Shown here piece by piece: positions 26,802 to 40,043 of a stretch of 64,000 nt of DNA (positions are counted from its first letter, which is position 1; every line of letters begins with the position of its first letter). The stretch spans positions 45,108 through 109,107 of the forward strand of contig JAKATL010000001.1 of the NCBI GenBank assembly GCA_021827985.1. The letters are read 5' to 3'. The notes below the pieces were generated by a model. It made no database searches and was not told the DNA's origin. It was given only the letters and a program-made list of their open reading frames with translations. A program made the position numbers and the translations under genes. This stretch comes from a bacterium (GTDB lineage Bacteria; Chloroflexota; Dormibacteria; Aeolococcales; Bog-877).

Positions 26802-27283
26802 GAGTCGGTGTCCGCGGCCTCCTCACCGGCGGCCGGCGCCGGCAGGATCACCTCACCGCCAGCCTTTTGCACCGCCGCGATCGCCGCGCCACTGGCAGCG
26901 TCCACCCTGACCTTGAGCGCCGGTATGGCGGCTGATCCGCCGGCCAGGAGCTTAACCGGGGCACCCAAGCGCCGCACCAGCCCGGCCTTGCGCAGACCCT
27001 CCTGATCGACCTCGGCACCGGCCTCGAAGCGGGCCAGCTTGGCCACGTTGACCACCTGGTACTCCGTGCGGAAGCGGTTGTAGAAGCCGCGTAGCTTGGG
27101 CACCCTCTGGGTGAGCGGCATCTGCCCACCCTCGAATCCCCGGGGAAGGCTCCAGGAACTCCGGGCACCCTGCCCCTTCTGCCCCCGACCGGCGGTCTTG
27201 CCGCCGCCCGCTGAGCTGCCGCGCCCGACTCGCTTGCGCGACTTGCGGCTGCCCCGCGAGGGCTTGAGCTCGTCGATCCTCAC
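26798..27283 (-). CDS. rplO: 50S ribosomal protein L15
   Basis: RVGRG...[12 protein letters not shown]...GFEGGQMPL. Confidence 0.97.
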   Translation of the reverse strand: MRIDELKPSRGSRKSRKRVGRGSSAGGGKTAGRGQKGQGARSSWSLPRGFEGGQMPLTQRVPKLRGFYNRFRTEYQVVNVAKLARFEAGAEVDQEGLRKAGLVRRLGAPVKLLAGGSAAIPALKVRVDAASGAAIAAVQKAGGEVILPAPAAGEEAADTDS

Positions 27284-27495
27284 TTGGCCTCCTCCGTCTC
27301 GGCGGCTGCCGCCAGCTCCTCCACCGTCACCAGATGGCGCACCGTGGCCACCATCCCACGCACCGACGGGGTGTCAGGATGCTCCACCACCTGGTGCAGC
27401 CGCCGCAGCCCAAGGGCAGCGATCGTGCGCTTCTGATTGGCGGCGTAACCGATGGCGCTCTTGGTCCAGGTCACGCGCAACATGGGGTCAGCCAA
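27280..27495 (-). CDS. rpmD: 50S ribosomal protein L30
   Basis: VTWTKSAIG....QKRTI.ALGLRRL. Confidence 0.95.
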   Translation of the reverse strand: MADPMLRVTWTKSAIGYAANQKRTIAALGLRRLHQVVEHPDTPSVRGMVATVRHLVTVEELAAAAETEEAK

Positions 27496-28042
27496 CCTCC
27501 ACCACCGGCGTCGCAGCCGGCTCCACCCGCAATCCCAGCTCCGCCACCGTCTTGCCCCGGAGCCGGGCCACGGTCTCCGCAGTGCGCAGACTCTCCAGGG
27601 CGACGATGGTGGCCCTTACGGTGTTGATGGGGTTATCGCTCCCCAGCGACTTGGTGAGGATGTCTTTGATCCCGGCCAGCTCAACCACGGCCCGCATCGC
27701 CCCGCCGGAGATGACCCCCGTCCCTGGCGAGGCGGGACGGAGCAGCACCCGGGCCGCCCCCTCCTTGTGCAGCACGGCGTGAGGGATGGTCCGACCCACC
27801 ATCGGCACCGAGATCATGTGCTTCTTGGCGTCCTCGACCCCCTTGCGAATCGCCTCGGGCACCTCTCCAGCCTTGCCCAGCCCAGCGCCCACCCGGCCGG
27901 CACCGTCGCCGACCACCACTAGGGCGCTGAAGGAGAAGCGCCGCCCCCCCTTGACCACCTTGGCCACTCGGTTCAGGCTGACCACCCGCTCGGCGAACTC
28001 CCCTCGGGACTCGCGCTCGGACCGGCTCATGTTCATGCTCAC
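27488..28042 (-). CDS. rpsE: 30S ribosomal protein S5
   Basis: [23 protein letters not shown]. Confidence 0.98.
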   Translation of the reverse strand: MSMNMSRSERESRGEFAERVVSLNRVAKVVKGGRRFSFSALVVVGDGAGRVGAGLGKAGEVPEAIRKGVEDAKKHMISVPMVGRTIPHAVLHKEGAARVLLRPASPGTGVISGGAMRAVVELAGIKDILTKSLGSDNPINTVRATIVALESLRTAETVARLRGKTVAELGLRVEPAATPVVEVG

Positions 28043-28052
28043 GCTTTTGTCC

Positions 28053-28409
28053 TCAGAATTCCAGCCCGGCCTCGCGGGCAGCCTCGGCCAGAGCCTGAAC
28101 CCGTCCGTGATAGAGGTACCCGCCCCGGTCGAAGACCACCTGGGTCACGCCAGCCGCTCGGGCGCGCTCTCCGATCAGTCGCCCCACGGCCGCCGCCGTC
28201 TGGCGGTTGCAGCCGGAGACTCCCGCGGCCGCCTCAACGCTGCTGGCCGCCACTACGGTGCGTCCCTGGCTGTCGTCCACCACCTGAGCGTACAGGTGGC
28301 GCAGGCTCCGGTGAACGCAGAGCCGGGGACGCGCGCCGGATCCCTCGACCCGTCGCCGAACGCGGCGATGGCGCCGCGCCCTGGCCTGCTCACGCTCCGC
28401 GAAACTCAT
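28053..28409 (-). CDS. rplR: 50S ribosomal protein L18
   Basis: [14 protein letters not shown]...[12 protein letters not shown]. Confidence 0.97.
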   Translation of the reverse strand: MSFAEREQARARRHRRVRRRVEGSGARPRLCVHRSLRHLYAQVVDDSQGRTVVAASSVEAAAGVSGCNRQTAAAVGRLIGERARAAGVTQVVFDRGGYLYHGRVQALAEAAREAGLEF

Positions 28410-28410
28410 A

Positions 28411-28959
28411 TCAGCCCTTTGCTCCCTTGCCGCTCTTGCCGGCCTTGCGCCGGACCACCTCGCCCCGGTAGCGGACACCCTTGCCCTTGTAGGGCTCGGG
28501 CCGCCGGGTGGCGCGGATCCGGGCGGCCATCTGGCCGACCGCCTCCTTGTCGTTGCCCAGCACCGCCACCCGCGTGGGCTCAGGCACCTCGATCTTGACC
28601 CCCTCGGGCGGGACGATCCGGATCGGGTGAGAGTATCCCAGAGCAAGCTGCAGGTCGGTCCCCTGGAGGCTGGCCCGGTAGCCAACTCCCACCAGCTCCA
28701 GCTCGCGCCGGAAGCCGGTGGTCACTCCGGCGACCATGTTGGCGATCAGGGTGCGGCTCAGGCCGTGGAGGGAACGGTGCGGCGCCGAGTCCGTCGGCCG
28801 CTCGACCAGAACCGATCCGTCCTCCAGTCGAGCCGAGATCGGATGAGGGAGCACCCGCTCCATCTCACCGCGCGGCCCGACGACCTTCACCCGGTCCCCG
28901 GTGATGGTCACCGAGACCCCCGCCGGAACGGCGATGGGATGCTTGCCAATCCTGGACAC
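28411..28959 (-). CDS. rplF: 50S ribosomal protein L6
   Basis: MSRIGKHPI...[11 protein letters not shown]. Confidence 0.98.
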   Translation of the reverse strand: MSRIGKHPIAVPAGVSVTITGDRVKVVGPRGEMERVLPHPISARLEDGSVLVERPTDSAPHRSLHGLSRTLIANMVAGVTTGFRRELELVGVGYRASLQGTDLQLALGYSHPIRIVPPEGVKIEVPEPTRVAVLGNDKEAVGQMAARIRATRRPEPYKGKGVRYRGEVVRRKAGKSGKGAKG

Positions 28960-28965
28960 GAGCTT

Positions 28966-29361
28966 CTACCAGACCTCCGCCAGAACCTCGCCGCCAATCC
29001 CCAGCTGGCGGGCGCGCCGGCCCGACATCACCCCCTGAGAGGTGGACACCACCGCCACGCCCATTCCGCCCAGCACCCTCGGTAGTTGATCCCGTCCGCG
29101 GTAGACGCGCAGCCCGGGCCGACTCACCCTGCGGATGCCCTGCAGGACCCGCTGCGACTTGGGTGCAGCCTTCAGCTCCAACCAGAGGATCTGATGAGGG
29201 GCATCACCCTCGACGCCGAAGGCCGCCAGGTAGCCCTCCTCACGGAGCACCCGAGCCACCTCGGCCTTGAGCTTGCTGGCCGGCATCTCCACCCGCCTGT
29301 GCCCGGCGAGGTTGGCGTTCCGCAGCCGGGTGAGCATGTCCGCGATCGGGTCAGTCATCAT
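28966..29361 (-). CDS. rpsH: 30S ribosomal protein S8
   Basis: TDPIADMLTRLRNA...SRPGLRVY. Confidence 0.98.
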   Translation of the reverse strand: MMTDPIADMLTRLRNANLAGHRRVEMPASKLKAEVARVLREEGYLAAFGVEGDAPHQILWLELKAAPKSQRVLQGIRRVSRPGLRVYRGRDQLPRVLGGMGVAVVSTSQGVMSGRRARQLGIGGEVLAEVW

Positions 29362-29367
29362 CGGCGG

Positions 29368-29553
29368 TCACCAACTGGACTTGCGCACCCCGGGGATCTG
29401 CCCCTGGGACGCGTGGATGCGGAAGCAGATGCGGCACAGCCCGAACTTGCGCATGTATCCTCGGGGCCGCCCGCAGAGATTGCAGCGAGACCGGGCCTGC
29501 ACCGGGAAGCGGGGTGCCCGCCGGCTGGCCATGATCTTCGACTTCTTCGCCAA
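29368..29553 (-). CDS. rpsZ: 30S ribosomal protein S14 type Z (Zn-binding)
   Basis: [21 protein letters not shown]. Confidence 0.97.
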   Translation of the reverse strand: MAKKSKIMASRRAPRFPVQARSRCNLCGRPRGYMRKFGLCRICFRIHASQGQIPGVRKSSW

Positions 29554-29567
29554 CTCCGCCTCCTTCG

Positions 29568-30119
29568 CTAGCGCCTGAAGGGCATGCCCAGCCCGGCCAA
29601 AAGGCTGCGCCCCTCGGCGTCGGTGCTGGCGGTGGTAACGATGGTGATCTCCAGCCCGCGCAGCTTGTCGATCTTGTCGTAATCGATCTCCGGAAAGACC
29701 AGCTGCTCCCGCAGCCCCAGGGTGAGGTTGCCGTGACCATCGAAGTGGGTGGTCAGGCCGCGGAAGTCTCGGATCCGCGGCAGCGCGACGCTGATGAGGC
29801 GGTCCAGGAACTCCATCATGCGATCGCCGCGCAGGGTCACCTTCAGCCCGATGGGCATCCCCGCTCGCAGCTTGAAGGCGGCCACCGACTTTCGCGCCTT
29901 GCGCACCGCCGGCTGCTGACCGGTGATCACCCTCAGGTCGTTGGTGGCCGCGTCCAGCGCCTTGGCGTTCTGGACGGCCTCGCCAACCCCGACGTTGACC
30001 ACGATCTTCTCCAGCCGCGGTACCTGCATGACGTTGAGGTAGCCGAACTCGGCGATCAGCGCGGGGACCACCGTCTCCCGGTAGCGCTCGACAAACCTCG
30101 GCCTGGTCGCTGTGCTCAT
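29568..30119 (-). CDS. rplE: 50S ribosomal protein L5
   Basis: [14 protein letters not shown]...[10 protein letters not shown]. Confidence 0.98.
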   Translation of the reverse strand: MSTATRPRFVERYRETVVPALIAEFGYLNVMQVPRLEKIVVNVGVGEAVQNAKALDAATNDLRVITGQQPAVRKARKSVAAFKLRAGMPIGLKVTLRGDRMMEFLDRLISVALPRIRDFRGLTTHFDGHGNLTLGLREQLVFPEIDYDKIDKLRGLEITIVTTASTDAEGRSLLAGLGMPFRR

Positions 30120-30499
30120 GCTCTCGGCGCCCTCAGGTAGGGCTCGTTGCAGCGCTTGCAGAAGGGCACCATGCGCTCCCCCTCGACCCGGTGTCCCAGG
30201 CGGGTGGGCCGATCACACTTGGGGCACACCAGCTGCACGTTGCTGTACGCCAGCGGCGCCGGGAAGTCGATGATCCCGCCCTGGAGCGCCGTCGTGCCGC
30301 CCCGTTGCTGACCGGACCGCTGGTGGCGCTTGCGGATGTTCACCCCCTCGACCACGATCCGCCGCTCCGCGGACAGGGTGCGCTGCACCACCCCACGCTT
30401 GCCCCGCTCCGAGCCGGCGATCACCACCACGGTGTCCCCTGAGCGGATGTCCAGCGGCCGGGAGGTGCCCACCTCGGCTGCTCTCTGCCGCCTTGGCAT
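30116..30499 (-). CDS. rplX: 50S ribosomal protein L24
   Basis: [14 protein letters not shown]...VVEGVN. Confidence 0.95.
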   Translation of the reverse strand: MPRRQRAAEVGTSRPLDIRSGDTVVVIAGSERGKRGVVQRTLSAERRIVVEGVNIRKRHQRSGQQRGGTTALQGGIIDFPAPLAYSNVQLVCPKCDRPTRLGHRVEGERMVPFCKRCNEPYLRAPRA

Positions 30500-30867
30500 C
30501 AGAGCACCTCCGGAGCGAGGGAGACGATCTTCATGAAGTTGCGCTCCCGCAGCTCCCGGGCCACGGGGCCGAAGATCCTCGTGCCCCGCGGATTGTTCTG
30601 GGGGTTGATGAGCACCGCGGCGTTGTCGTCGAAGCGGATCCGCGTCCCGTCGGGCCGTCGGTACTCCTTCGCCGTCCGGACCACCACAGCCTTCACCACA
30701 TCGCCCTTCTTCACCCCGGAGTTGGGCTGGGCGACCTTGACCGCGGCCACGATGATGTCGCCCAAGGAGGCATAGCGGCGGTAGGACCCGCCCAGCACGC
30801 GGATGCACAGGATCTCCCGGGCACCGCTGTTGTCAGCCACTTTGAGCACCGTCTCCTGCTGAATCAT
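30499..30867 (-). CDS. rplN: 50S ribosomal protein L14
   Basis: [16 protein letters not shown]...[10 protein letters not shown]. Confidence 0.98.
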   Translation of the reverse strand: MIQQETVLKVADNSGAREILCIRVLGGSYRRYASLGDIIVAAVKVAQPNSGVKKGDVVKAVVVRTAKEYRRPDGTRIRFDDNAAVLINPQNNPRGTRIFGPVARELRERNFMKIVSLAPEVL

Positions 30868-30870
30868 GGG

Positions 30871-31140
30871 TCAGCGCGCGCGCTCCACGATCTCCACCAC
30901 TCGCCACCGCTTGGTGCGGCTGAGGGGGCGGGTTTCCATGATCCGGACTCGGTCCCCGTTGCGGCACTCGTTGACCTCGTCATGGGCTTGGAAGCGCCGC
31001 CGCCTCCTCATCACCTTGCGATACAGGTTGTGGGCGCGCAGATCCTCCACCTGCACCACCACCGTCTTGTCCATCCGGTCGCTGACCACCACGCCGACGC
31101 GGAGCTTGCGACGTGCTCGGGCTTCGGCTTCTTCGACCAT
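30871..31140 (-). CDS. rpsQ: 30S ribosomal protein S17
   Basis: [14 protein letters not shown]...[11 protein letters not shown]. Confidence 0.97.
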   Translation of the reverse strand: MVEEAEARARRKLRVGVVVSDRMDKTVVVQVEDLRAHNLYRKVMRRRRRFQAHDEVNECRNGDRVRIMETRPLSRTKRWRVVEIVERAR

Positions 31141-31364
31141 CAGCCCTCCTCCGCCAGGTCGGTGAGCCGGCGGGCCCGAAGAAGCGTCTCCACCCGAGCG
31201 ATCCCCCGCCGGACCTCCCGGATCCGGCGGTGCTGCTCCAGCTGACCGGTGGCCCGCTGCAGGCGCAGCTGCAGAAGCTCCTGGCGACGCTCGCCCACCA
31301 GCTGCTCCAGGCCCAGGTCATCCTGCTCCCGGAGAAGCTGCAGCTCTTCCTGATGCTTGCTCAC
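31140..31364 (-). CDS. rpmC: 50S ribosomal protein L29
   Basis: [15 protein letters not shown]...[13 protein letters not shown]. Confidence 0.93.
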   Translation of the reverse strand: MSKHQEELQLLREQDDLGLEQLVGERRQELLQLRLQRATGQLEQHRRIREVRRGIARVETLLRARRLTDLAEEG

Positions 31365-31795
31365 GCTCCCACCTCCGCCGCTTCCGATCCCTCACGGACC
31401 ACGAAGCGGGTCTTGACCGGCAGCTTGTGAGCGGCCAGCCGCATCGCCTCCCGAGCCACCTCGGCGTCCACCCCATCCATCTCGAACAGGATCCTGCCGG
31501 GACGTACCACCGACACCCACCCCTCGGGACTACCCTTGCCGGAGCCCATCCGGGTCTCGGCCGGCTTCTTGGTGATCGGCTTGTCAGGGAAGACGCGAAT
31601 CCAGATCTTGCCGCCCCGGCGCACGTGGCGGGTCATGGCCCGCCGGGCAGCTTCGATCTGCCGGTTGCTCATCCAGCAGGCCTCCAAGGCCTGAAGACCG
31701 TACGGGCCGAACGCCAGCGTAGCGCCCCGGTAGGCGGTTCCCGCGCGCCGTCCGCGGTGCACCTTGCGGTGGCGAGGTCGGCGTGGAATCAGCAT
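31361..31795 (-). CDS. rplP: 50S ribosomal protein L16
   Basis: MLIPRR...[23 protein letters not shown]. Confidence 0.97.
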   Translation of the reverse strand: MLIPRRPRHRKVHRGRRAGTAYRGATLAFGPYGLQALEACWMSNRQIEAARRAMTRHVRRGGKIWIRVFPDKPITKKPAETRMGSGKGSPEGWVSVVRPGRILFEMDGVDAEVAREAMRLAAHKLPVKTRFVVREGSEAAEVGA

Positions 31796-31796
31796 C

Positions 31797-32762
31797 TCAG
31801 CCGTCCGCCCCGTCGGCGGGAGCGTCCGCCTTCCGCGTGGTCCTCTTAGCCTTGGGGGCCGTCTCAGCGGCGGCCGGTGTCGGTTCAGCCGCCTTGCGCG
31901 CCGCCCGTCGCTTGGTCGGCGCAGCAGCTTCGGCTTCCACCACCGGCGGCTGGACCTCGGCGGCGGGCTCAGCAGCCACCGCCACGGCGGGCTCGGACAC
32001 GGCCTCAGGGTCCGGCGGCCCGGCCTCAGCCCCGGCCACCGCCGCCGAATCCACCGCGGGCTCGGCCTCCACCACCGCGGCCACGCGCGCAGCGGGACGG
32101 GCTGCCGAGGTCGCCGCCTCGGCGGCGACGTTCTCCGTGGGGAAGTCGCCGCGGTAGATCCAGACGCTGACCCCGATCTGCCCCGAGGTGGTCTTGGCCT
32201 CGGCCTGGCCGAACTCCACATCGGCGCGCAGCGTGTGCAGGGGTACCCGGCCATCGCGGTCCCACTCGCGCCGGCTCATGTCACCACCCCCGAGCCGGCC
32301 GGAGACCTGGATCTTCACCCCCTTGGCACCGGCTCGCATCGAGCGCATCACCGACTGCTTCACCGCCCGCCGGAAGGCGATCCGCTTCTCCAGCTGCCCG
32401 GCGACGTTCTCCGCCAGGAGCCGGGCGTCCAGCTCGGGGGTCTTGATCTCCTGAATGGTCACCCGCACCTTCTTGCCGGAGATGCGCTCCAGGTTGTCCC
32501 GCAGCGCATCCACGGCGGCCCCGCTGCGACCGATCACGATCCCGGGCTTGGCGGTGTGGATGACGACCGTCAGCTGGTTGGCCGACCTCTCCGTCTCAAT
32601 CCGGGCCACGCTGGCGTTCTTCAGCCGGCCCATGATCAGCTGGCGCATGGCCAGGTCTTCCTGGAGGAGCTTGGTGTACTCGGGTCCGCTGGCGTACCAG
32701 CGCGCGTCCCAGTTGCGATAGACGCCCAGGCGGAAGCCGTTGGGATGGACCTTCTGTCCCAC
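31797..32762 (-). CDS. rpsC: 30S ribosomal protein S3 with long low-complexity C-terminal tail
   Basis: [13 protein letters not shown]...[12 protein letters not shown]. Confidence 0.97.
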   Translation of the reverse strand: MGQKVHPNGFRLGVYRNWDARWYASGPEYTKLLQEDLAMRQLIMGRLKNASVARIETERSANQLTVVIHTAKPGIVIGRSGAAVDALRDNLERISGKKVRVTIQEIKTPELDARLLAENVAGQLEKRIAFRRAVKQSVMRSMRAGAKGVKIQVSGRLGGGDMSRREWDRDGRVPLHTLRADVEFGQAEAKTTSGQIGVSVWIYRGDFPTENVAAEAATSAARPAARVAAVVEAEPAVDSAAVAGAEAGPPDPEAVSEPAVAVAAEPAAEVQPPVVEAEAAAPTKRRAARKAAEPTPAAAETAPKAKRTTRKADAPADGADG

Positions 32763-32770
32763 TTCCCTAC

Positions 32771-33184
32771 CTACTCCTCCTCGGCCTCATTGCTGGCACT
32801 CTCCACGGACGCTGCCCGCGCCGGCCGGACCCGGGACCGCGAGGTCCGCTCGAGGCTGTCCTCGACGGTCGCCCGGAGATGGCACGTCCTCTTGAAGATC
32901 GAAAACGACGAACCGCGCGCCCGGGGCCGGAAGCGCTTGATGATGGGGCCCCCATCGACCTCCAGCCGAACCAGCCGCAGACGGTCGCGGTCCAAGCTGA
33001 AGTTGTTCTCGGCGTTGGCGGCGGCCGAACGCACCACCTTGCCCACGTCCTGGGCGGCCGCCTGAGGCATGAAGGATAACACGGTGAGGGCCTCGTCCAC
33101 CGCCATGCCCTGGACGACGTCAGCCACCAACCGGGCCTTCCGAGCCGGCACCCTGACCCACTTGGCGGTCGCTGTCACCTGCAT
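32771..33184 (-). CDS. rplV: 50S ribosomal protein L22
   Basis: [17 protein letters not shown]...KRFRPRARG. Confidence 0.97.
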   Translation of the reverse strand: MQVTATAKWVRVPARKARLVADVVQGMAVDEALTVLSFMPQAAAQDVGKVVRSAAANAENNFSLDRDRLRLVRLEVDGGPIIKRFRPRARGSSFSIFKRTCHLRATVEDSLERTSRSRVRPARAASVESASNEAEEE

Positions 33185-33195
33185 TCCCGACCCGC

Positions 33196-33480
33196 CTACT
33201 TGAGCGCCGAGCTGCGCTCGGTGTGATGGCCGTGGCCCCGGAAGCGGCGGGTGGGCACGAACTCTCCCAGCTTGTGACCGACCATGGCCTCGGTGACCAG
33301 GACCGGAACGTGCTTGCGCCCGTCATGAACGGCCAGGGTGTGGCCCAGCATCTCCGGGAAGATGTCGCTGCGGCGCGACCAGGTGCGAATCACCCGCCGC
33401 TCCTTGGAGCGGTTCATCTCAATGACCTTCTTCAGCAGCGAGGGGTCGCAGAAGGGCCCCTTCTTGACGGATCTGCTCAT
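33196..33480 (-). CDS. rpsS: 30S ribosomal protein S19
   Basis: [10 protein letters not shown]...MVGHKLGEF. Confidence 0.98.
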   Translation of the reverse strand: MSRSVKKGPFCDPSLLKKVIEMNRSKERRVIRTWSRRSDIFPEMLGHTLAVHDGRKHVPVLVTEAMVGHKLGEFVPTRRFRGHGHHTERSSALK

Positions 33481-33484
33481 CCTG

Positions 33485-34309
33485 CTACTTGCGTCTCCTT
33501 CGCACGATCATGGCGTCCGTCGCCTTGTTGTTGCGGGTCCGGTGCCCCAGCGCAGGCTTGCCCCAGGGCGTCTGGGGGTGCCCCCCCGGTCCGGAGCGGC
33601 CCTCGCCGCCTCCGTGGGGGTGGTCGAAGGGATTCATCGTCGAACCCCTGACCGACGGGCGCACCCCGCGCCAGCGGCTCTTGCCCGCCTTGCCCACGAC
33701 CTCATTGGAGTGATCCGAGTTGCCCACCTGCCCGATGGTGGCCCGGCAGCGGACGTCGATCAGGCGCACCTCCCCGGAGGGCATCCGCAGCTGAGCGTAC
33801 TTGCCCTCCTTGGCGACCAGCTGGGCTCCCACCCCGGCGCTCCGCACCAGCTGCCCGCCCCGGCCCACCTGCACCTCCAGGTTGTGGAGGGTGGTGCCGA
33901 GCGGGATTCGGGCCAGCGGAAGCGAGTGCCCCGGGCGGATCTCGGCCTTCTCCCCGGCCATGATCGAGTCGCCCACGGAGAGCCCGTCTGGCGCCAGGAT
34001 GTACCGCTTCTCCCCGTCCCGGTAGTTGACCAGGGCGATCCGGGCGCTCCGGTTGGGGTCGTATTCGATGGCCGCCACCCGCCCCGGGACGTCCAGCTTG
34101 TCGCGCCGGAAGTCGATGATCCGATACATCCGCCGGTGGCCCCCGCCTCTGTGGCGCACGGTGACCCGGCCGCTGGCATTGCGGCCGGAATGCTTCTTCA
34201 GAGACACGGTCAGGGAGCGCTCGGGCCCCTTCCGCGTCACCTCCTCGAAGGAGCTGACGCTCATGAACCGGCGCCCCGGGGAGGTGGGATCGTATCGCTT
34301 CACCGGCAT
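33485..34309 (-). CDS. rplB: 50S ribosomal protein L2
   Basis: [26 protein letters not shown]. Confidence 0.98.
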   Translation of the reverse strand: MPVKRYDPTSPGRRFMSVSSFEEVTRKGPERSLTVSLKKHSGRNASGRVTVRHRGGGHRRMYRIIDFRRDKLDVPGRVAAIEYDPNRSARIALVNYRDGEKRYILAPDGLSVGDSIMAGEKAEIRPGHSLPLARIPLGTTLHNLEVQVGRGGQLVRSAGVGAQLVAKEGKYAQLRMPSGEVRLIDVRCRATIGQVGNSDHSNEVVGKAGKSRWRGVRPSVRGSTMNPFDHPHGGGEGRSGPGGHPQTPWGKPALGHRTRNNKATDAMIVRRRRK

Positions 34310-34310
34310 C

Positions 34311-34613
34311 TCACACCCCCTCGAAAAGGTTGGCGATGGTCTCGCCGGGGGCCAGCGTGACCACGGCCTTCTTCCAGTCCCGACTGCGACCGACCACCCG
34401 GCCGCCCCGCCGCATCCTGGTCCTCACCTTCCCCTTCACCACCATCACGTTGACGGTGGCGGCGCGCACCTTGAAGGCCTGCTCCACCGCCTGCTTGACC
34501 TCGATCTTGTTGGCGCTGCTGGCCACCTTGAACACATAGCGGCGCTGGGCCATTCCGGCGTACGACTTCTCGCTGATCACCGGGCGCAGGATGATCTCCG
34601 CTGGCTGCTTCAT
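34311..34613 (-). CDS. rplW: 50S ribosomal protein L23
   Basis: PVISEKS...[11 protein letters not shown]...WKKAVVTL. Confidence 0.97.
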   Translation of the reverse strand: MKQPAEIILRPVISEKSYAGMAQRRYVFKVASSANKIEVKQAVEQAFKVRAATVNVMVVKGKVRTRMRRGGRVVGRSRDWKKAVVTLAPGETIANLFEGV

Positions 34614-35233
34614 CCGAGATGCTCCACCACGAGGTCCAGGGCCGCCCGGCGGAAGATCAGGGTGTCCGCCACCATGACGTCGCGGACCCCGAGGTTGCTC
34701 GCATGGATCACCTTCAGCTGAGGGATGTTGCGGGCCGAGAGCTCCAGGTTGGGGTCCCGCCCCTCCACCACCAGGAGCACCCTCCGCCCGGCCCCGGCCT
34801 GATCCAGGAAGGCGGCCATCTGCCGGGTGCGGGGAGCGTCGAAGTGTAGTTCGTCGGCCACCTGTATCGCTCCGTCGCTGGCCTTCGCCGAGAGGGCCGC
34901 GCGCAGCGCCAGGCGCCGCTGCTTGCGAGGCATGGCCAGGGCGTAGCTGCGGGGAGTGGGCCCGAAGACGGTGCCGCCCCCGCGATAGTGGGGAGCCCTG
35001 ATGGACCCCTGGCGGGCGCGCCCGGTGCCCTTCTGGCGGTACGGCTTCCTGCCTCCACCGCTCACCTCGCCCCGGGTCCTGGTGTCATGGGTGCCCTGGC
35101 GGGCACCGGCCATCTGGCGCACGACGGCCTGGTGCAGCACTCCCTGGTTGACCTCCTGACCGAAGACCGCCGAGGGCAGCTCGTAGTCTCCCTTGGCGTC
35201 CCCTTCCGGCCCGCGCACGACGGCGGTGGCCAT
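34610..35233 (-). CDS. rplD: 50S ribosomal protein L4
   Basis: [19 protein letters not shown]. Confidence 0.98.
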   Translation of the reverse strand: MATAVVRGPEGDAKGDYELPSAVFGQEVNQGVLHQAVVRQMAGARQGTHDTRTRGEVSGGGRKPYRQKGTGRARQGSIRAPHYRGGGTVFGPTPRSYALAMPRKQRRLALRAALSAKASDGAIQVADELHFDAPRTRQMAAFLDQAGAGRRVLLVVEGRDPNLELSARNIPQLKVIHASNLGVRDVMVADTLIFRRAALDLVVEHLG

Positions 35234-35877
35234 CAGCGCTGCCCCCGGGGCTTGCGGATCCGCGGCCTGGAGCTGCGCACCATGAGGAGCCCGCCGTCGG
35301 CACCGGGGACCGCCCCCTTGACCAGCAGCAGGTTGCGCTCGGTGTCGACCCTGAAGACCTCTAACCGCTGCACCGTGGTGCGCCGGTCCCCGAGGTGCCC
35401 GGCCATCTTGAGCCCAGGCAGGGTGCGGGCGGCATCCACCGATCCAACCGAACCGGGCTGCCGGATGTTGTGGCTCCCGTGGGTCACCGGGCCGCGCCCA
35501 AAGTTGTGCCGCTTGTGCTGGCCGGCAAACCCCTTGCCCTTGCTTACCCCGGTGACGTCCACCTCCGCCCCCACCTCGAAGGCGGCGACGGTGAGGACCT
35601 CGCCGGCCTCCGCGGCCGTGGCCCCGCGGACCTCCCGGAGGTGGCGCTTGGGCTCGACCCCGGCCGCCTCGAAGTGCCCTGCCTGCGCCCGGTTCACGGA
35701 GCGACGCCGGAGGGGACCGAACCCGATCTGGACCGCATCGTAGCCGTCCGCGGCCGCCGTCTTCACCTGGACCACCGGGCAGGGCCCGGCCTCCAGCACG
35801 GTGACCCCGAAGCAGCGCCCATCGTCCCCGAAGACCTGGGCCATACCCAACTTGCGGGCCAGCAGGGCGGTCGTCAT
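35233..35877 (-). CDS. rplC: 50S ribosomal protein L3
   Basis: KLGMAQVF...SKGKGFAG...MAGHLG. Confidence 0.97.
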   Translation of the reverse strand: MTTALLARKLGMAQVFGDDGRCFGVTVLEAGPCPVVQVKTAAADGYDAVQIGFGPLRRRSVNRAQAGHFEAAGVEPKRHLREVRGATAAEAGEVLTVAAFEVGAEVDVTGVSKGKGFAGQHKRHNFGRGPVTHGSHNIRQPGSVGSVDAARTLPGLKMAGHLGDRRTTVQRLEVFRVDTERNLLLVKGAVPGADGGLLMVRSSRPRIRKPRGQR

Positions 35878-36182
35878 CAGAGCTTGATCTCGATGTTGAC
35901 GCCGCTGGGCAGGTTTAGGTGCATCAAGGCGTCGACCACCTTGGGATTGGGATCCAGGATGTCCAGGATCCGCTTGTGGGTCCGCATCTCGAACTGCTCT
36001 CTCGAGTCCTTGTCGATGAACGGGCCCCGGATCACCGTGTACTTGTTGATCTCCGTCGGCAGCGGCACCGGACCCATCACCTCGGCCTGGTTCCGAGCCG
36101 CGGTCTCCACGATGCGAGCCGCCGCCTGGTCCAGGACCCGGTGGTCATAGGCCTTGAGCCGGATCCGAATGCGCTGTGCCAT
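35877..36182 (-). CDS. rpsJ: 30S ribosomal protein S10
   Basis: [13 protein letters not shown]...[11 protein letters not shown]. Confidence 0.98.
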   Translation of the reverse strand: MAQRIRIRLKAYDHRVLDQAAARIVETAARNQAEVMGPVPLPTEINKYTVIRGPFIDKDSREQFEMRTHKRILDILDPNPKVVDALMHLNLPSGVNIEIKL

Positions 36183-36210
36183 TTCTGCTCTCTAACCGAT
36201 TCCCTGCGGC

Positions 36211-37395
<1,185 letters not shown>

Positions 37396-37447
37396 TCTCT
37401 CTATCTGCCCTTGCTTGGTGGATCCGTCCGCAGCCGACTGCCGGTGC

Positions 37448-39565
37448 TCAACTCTTGCGCTTCGCCGTGACCTCCTCAGCCAGCGACTGGGGAAGCTCCT
37501 GATAGTGGTCGAACTCCATTGTGTAGCTGGCCCGCCCCTGGGTCATGCTCCGCAGCTGGGTCGCGTACCCGAACATGTTGGCCAAGGGCACCTGAGCATG
37601 CACGGTCTGCATCCCCCGCCGGCTCTCCATTCCCAGGGTATGCCCGCGGCGGGAGGCCAGGTCACCGATGACGTCGCCCAGGTTGGCCTCGGGACAGGTG
37701 ACGTCCACCTTCATTATCGGCTCCAGCAGGATGGGACTGGCCTTGCGCATCCCGTCCTTCATAGCCATCGAGCCGGCGATTTGGAAGGCCTGCTCCGAAG
37801 AGTCGACGTCGTGGTAGGAGCCGTCATAGACCGTGGCCTTCACGTCCACCACCGGGTACCCCGCCACCACCCCCGCCTGCAGGGCGTCGATGCATCCCTT
37901 CTCGATGGCGGGGATGTACTCCCGGGGGATGACCCCGCCCACAATCTTGTTGATGAACTCGAAGCCCTTGCCGGTTTCGTTGGGCTCGACCACCAGCTCC
38001 GCATGGCCGTACTGGCCGTGGCCGCCGGTCTGGCGCACGAATCGTCCGGTGCCCTTGGCCTCATGGCGGATGGTCTCCCGGTACGCCACCTGGGGCTTGC
38101 CGACGTTGGCGTCCACCTTGAACTCACGCAGCAGCCGGTCGACGATGACCTCGAGGTGAAGCTCCCCCATCCCCGATATGAGGTTCTGCCCGGTCTCGGG
38201 CTCGGTCCGCACCTGGAAGGTCGGATCCTCCTCGGCTAGCTTCTGGAGAGCCACCGCCAGCTTGTCCTGGTCGGCCTTGGTCTTGGGCTCGATCGCCACC
38301 GAGATAACCGGCTCGGGGAAGACGATCGACTCCAGGACGATGGGTTGGGACTCGTCGGCCAGGGTGTCGCCGGTGGAGGTGTGTCTCAGCCCGATGGCGG
38401 CGGCGATGTCCCCGGTGAGGACCTGCTCCACCTCCTCACGGCGGTTGGCGTGCATCTTGAGGATCCGGCCCACGCGCTCTCGCTCGCCCTTGCTGGCGTT
38501 GTAGACATAGCTTCCCGAACGAAGCACCCCGCTGTACACCCGGAAGAAGGTGAGCTTGCCCACGAAGGGGTCGGTCATGATCTTGAAGGCCAGCCCGGCG
38601 AAGGGGGCGTCGTCGGCCACCTCGCGCACCACCTCGGCCCCCGTTCTGGGATCCTCCCCGCGCACCGCGGGGCGATCCAGTGGTGACGGCAGGAACTCGA
38701 CCACCGCGTCCAGCATCGGCTGGACCCCCCGGTTGCGCAGCGCCGCCCCACAGAGAACCGGGAAGAGCTCGGCGGTGACCACCCCGCGGCGCAGCGCCGC
38801 GCTCAACTTCTCCGGGGCCACCGGCTTGTCGTCCAGGTAGGCCTGCATCAGCTCGTCATCAAACTCCGCGGCGGCCTCTACCAGCTCCTGGCGCGCAGCC
38901 CGCACCGCCTCCGCCATCTCGGTGGGGATGGTGGTCTCCTCCAGGGCGGTGCCCAGGTCATCGGTGTACACGATCGCCTGCTCGCGGATCAGGTCCACCA
39001 CCCCCTGAAAGCCATCCTCGGCGCCAATGGGCAGCTGCACAGGCACCGCCCGGGCGCCCAGTCGCTCGGTGATCGACTGCACCGCCGCGGCGAAGTCGGC
39101 GCCCACCCGGTCCATCTTGTTGATGAAGCAGATCCGCGGTACGTCGTAGCGGTCGGCCTGACGCCACACCGTCTCCGACTGGGGCTCGACACCGCTCACG
39201 GCGTCAAAGACCGCGATCGCCCCGTCCAGAACCCGCAGGCTGCGCTCCACCTCCACAGTGAAGTCGACGTGCCCCGGGGTGTCGATGATGTTGATCTGGT
39301 GGTCGTGCCAGGATGCCGCGGTGGCCGCGGAGGTGATGGTGATGCCCCGCTCCTGCTCCTGCACCATCCAGTCCATGGTCGCCGCGCCCTCGTGGACCTC
39401 GCCCATCTTGTGGATGCGGCCGGTGTAGAAGAGGACTCGCTCAGTTGTGGTGGTCTTGCCCGCATCGATGTGGGCCATGATCCCGATGTTGCGCACCCTC
39501 TCCAGGGGCACCTTGCGCCCATGCGCCAGGGACGCGCCGCCGGAAAGGGTGGTCTGAGTAGTCAC
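37448..39565 (-). CDS. fusA: Elongation factor G
   Basis: [34 protein letters not shown]. Confidence 0.99.
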   Translation of the reverse strand: MTTQTTLSGGASLAHGRKVPLERVRNIGIMAHIDAGKTTTTERVLFYTGRIHKMGEVHEGAATMDWMVQEQERGITITSAATAASWHDHQINIIDTPGHVDFTVEVERSLRVLDGAIAVFDAVSGVEPQSETVWRQADRYDVPRICFINKMDRVGADFAAAVQSITERLGARAVPVQLPIGAEDGFQGVVDLIREQAIVYTDDLGTALEETTIPTEMAEAVRAARQELVEAAAEFDDELMQAYLDDKPVAPEKLSAALRRGVVTAELFPVLCGAALRNRGVQPMLDAVVEFLPSPLDRPAVRGEDPRTGAEVVREVADDAPFAGLAFKIMTDPFVGKLTFFRVYSGVLRSGSYVYNASKGERERVGRILKMHANRREEVEQVLTGDIAAAIGLRHTSTGDTLADESQPIVLESIVFPEPVISVAIEPKTKADQDKLAVALQKLAEEDPTFQVRTEPETGQNLISGMGELHLEVIVDRLLREFKVDANVGKPQVAYRETIRHEAKGTGRFVRQTGGHGQYGHAELVVEPNETGKGFEFINKIVGGVIPREYIPAIEKGCIDALQAGVVAGYPVVDVKATVYDGSYHDVDSSEQAFQIAGSMAMKDGMRKASPILLEPIMKVDVTCPEANLGDVIGDLASRRGHTLGMESRRGMQTVHAQVPLANMFGYATQLRSMTQGRASYTMEFDHYQELPQSLAEEVTAKRKS

Positions 39566-39571
39566 GGCGGC

Positions 39572-40042
39572 TCAGTACCTGAAGTGGGAGAACGCGCGGT
39601 TGGACTCCGCCATCTTGTGGGTGTCCTCCTTCCGCTTGACCGCCTGCCCCATGCCGTTGCTGGCGTCCATCAGCTCGGCCGCCAGCCGGTCGGCCATGCT
39701 CTTGCCATGACGGGTCCGGGCGCTGCGGATGATCCACCGCCTGGCCAGCGCCAGACGGCGGTCGTGGCGGATCTCCACCGGCACCTGGTAGGTGGCGCCA
39801 CCCACTCGCTTGGGCTTCACCTCCAGGATGGGGGTGGCGTTGCGCACGGCGGTCTCGAAGACCTCCAGCGGCTCACGCCGCTGGCTCTTGGCGATGCGAG
39901 TCAGCGAGGAGTAGACGATCCGCTCGGCAGTGCTCCGCTTGCCATTGAGCATGAGGCAGTTGATGAACTTGGCCAGAGCCTCGCTGTGGTAGACCGGATC
40001 GGCCACCACCACCCGTCGGGAGACGCGTTGACGCCTTGGCAT
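39572..40042 (-). CDS. rpsG: 30S ribosomal protein S7
   Basis: MPRR...RVGGATYQVP...HKMAESNRAFSHFR. Confidence 0.98.
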   Translation of the reverse strand: MPRRQRVSRRVVVADPVYHSEALAKFINCLMLNGKRSTAERIVYSSLTRIAKSQRREPLEVFETAVRNATPILEVKPKRVGGATYQVPVEIRHDRRLALARRWIIRSARTRHGKSMADRLAAELMDASNGMGQAVKRKEDTHKMAESNRAFSHFRY

Positions 40043-40043
40043 C

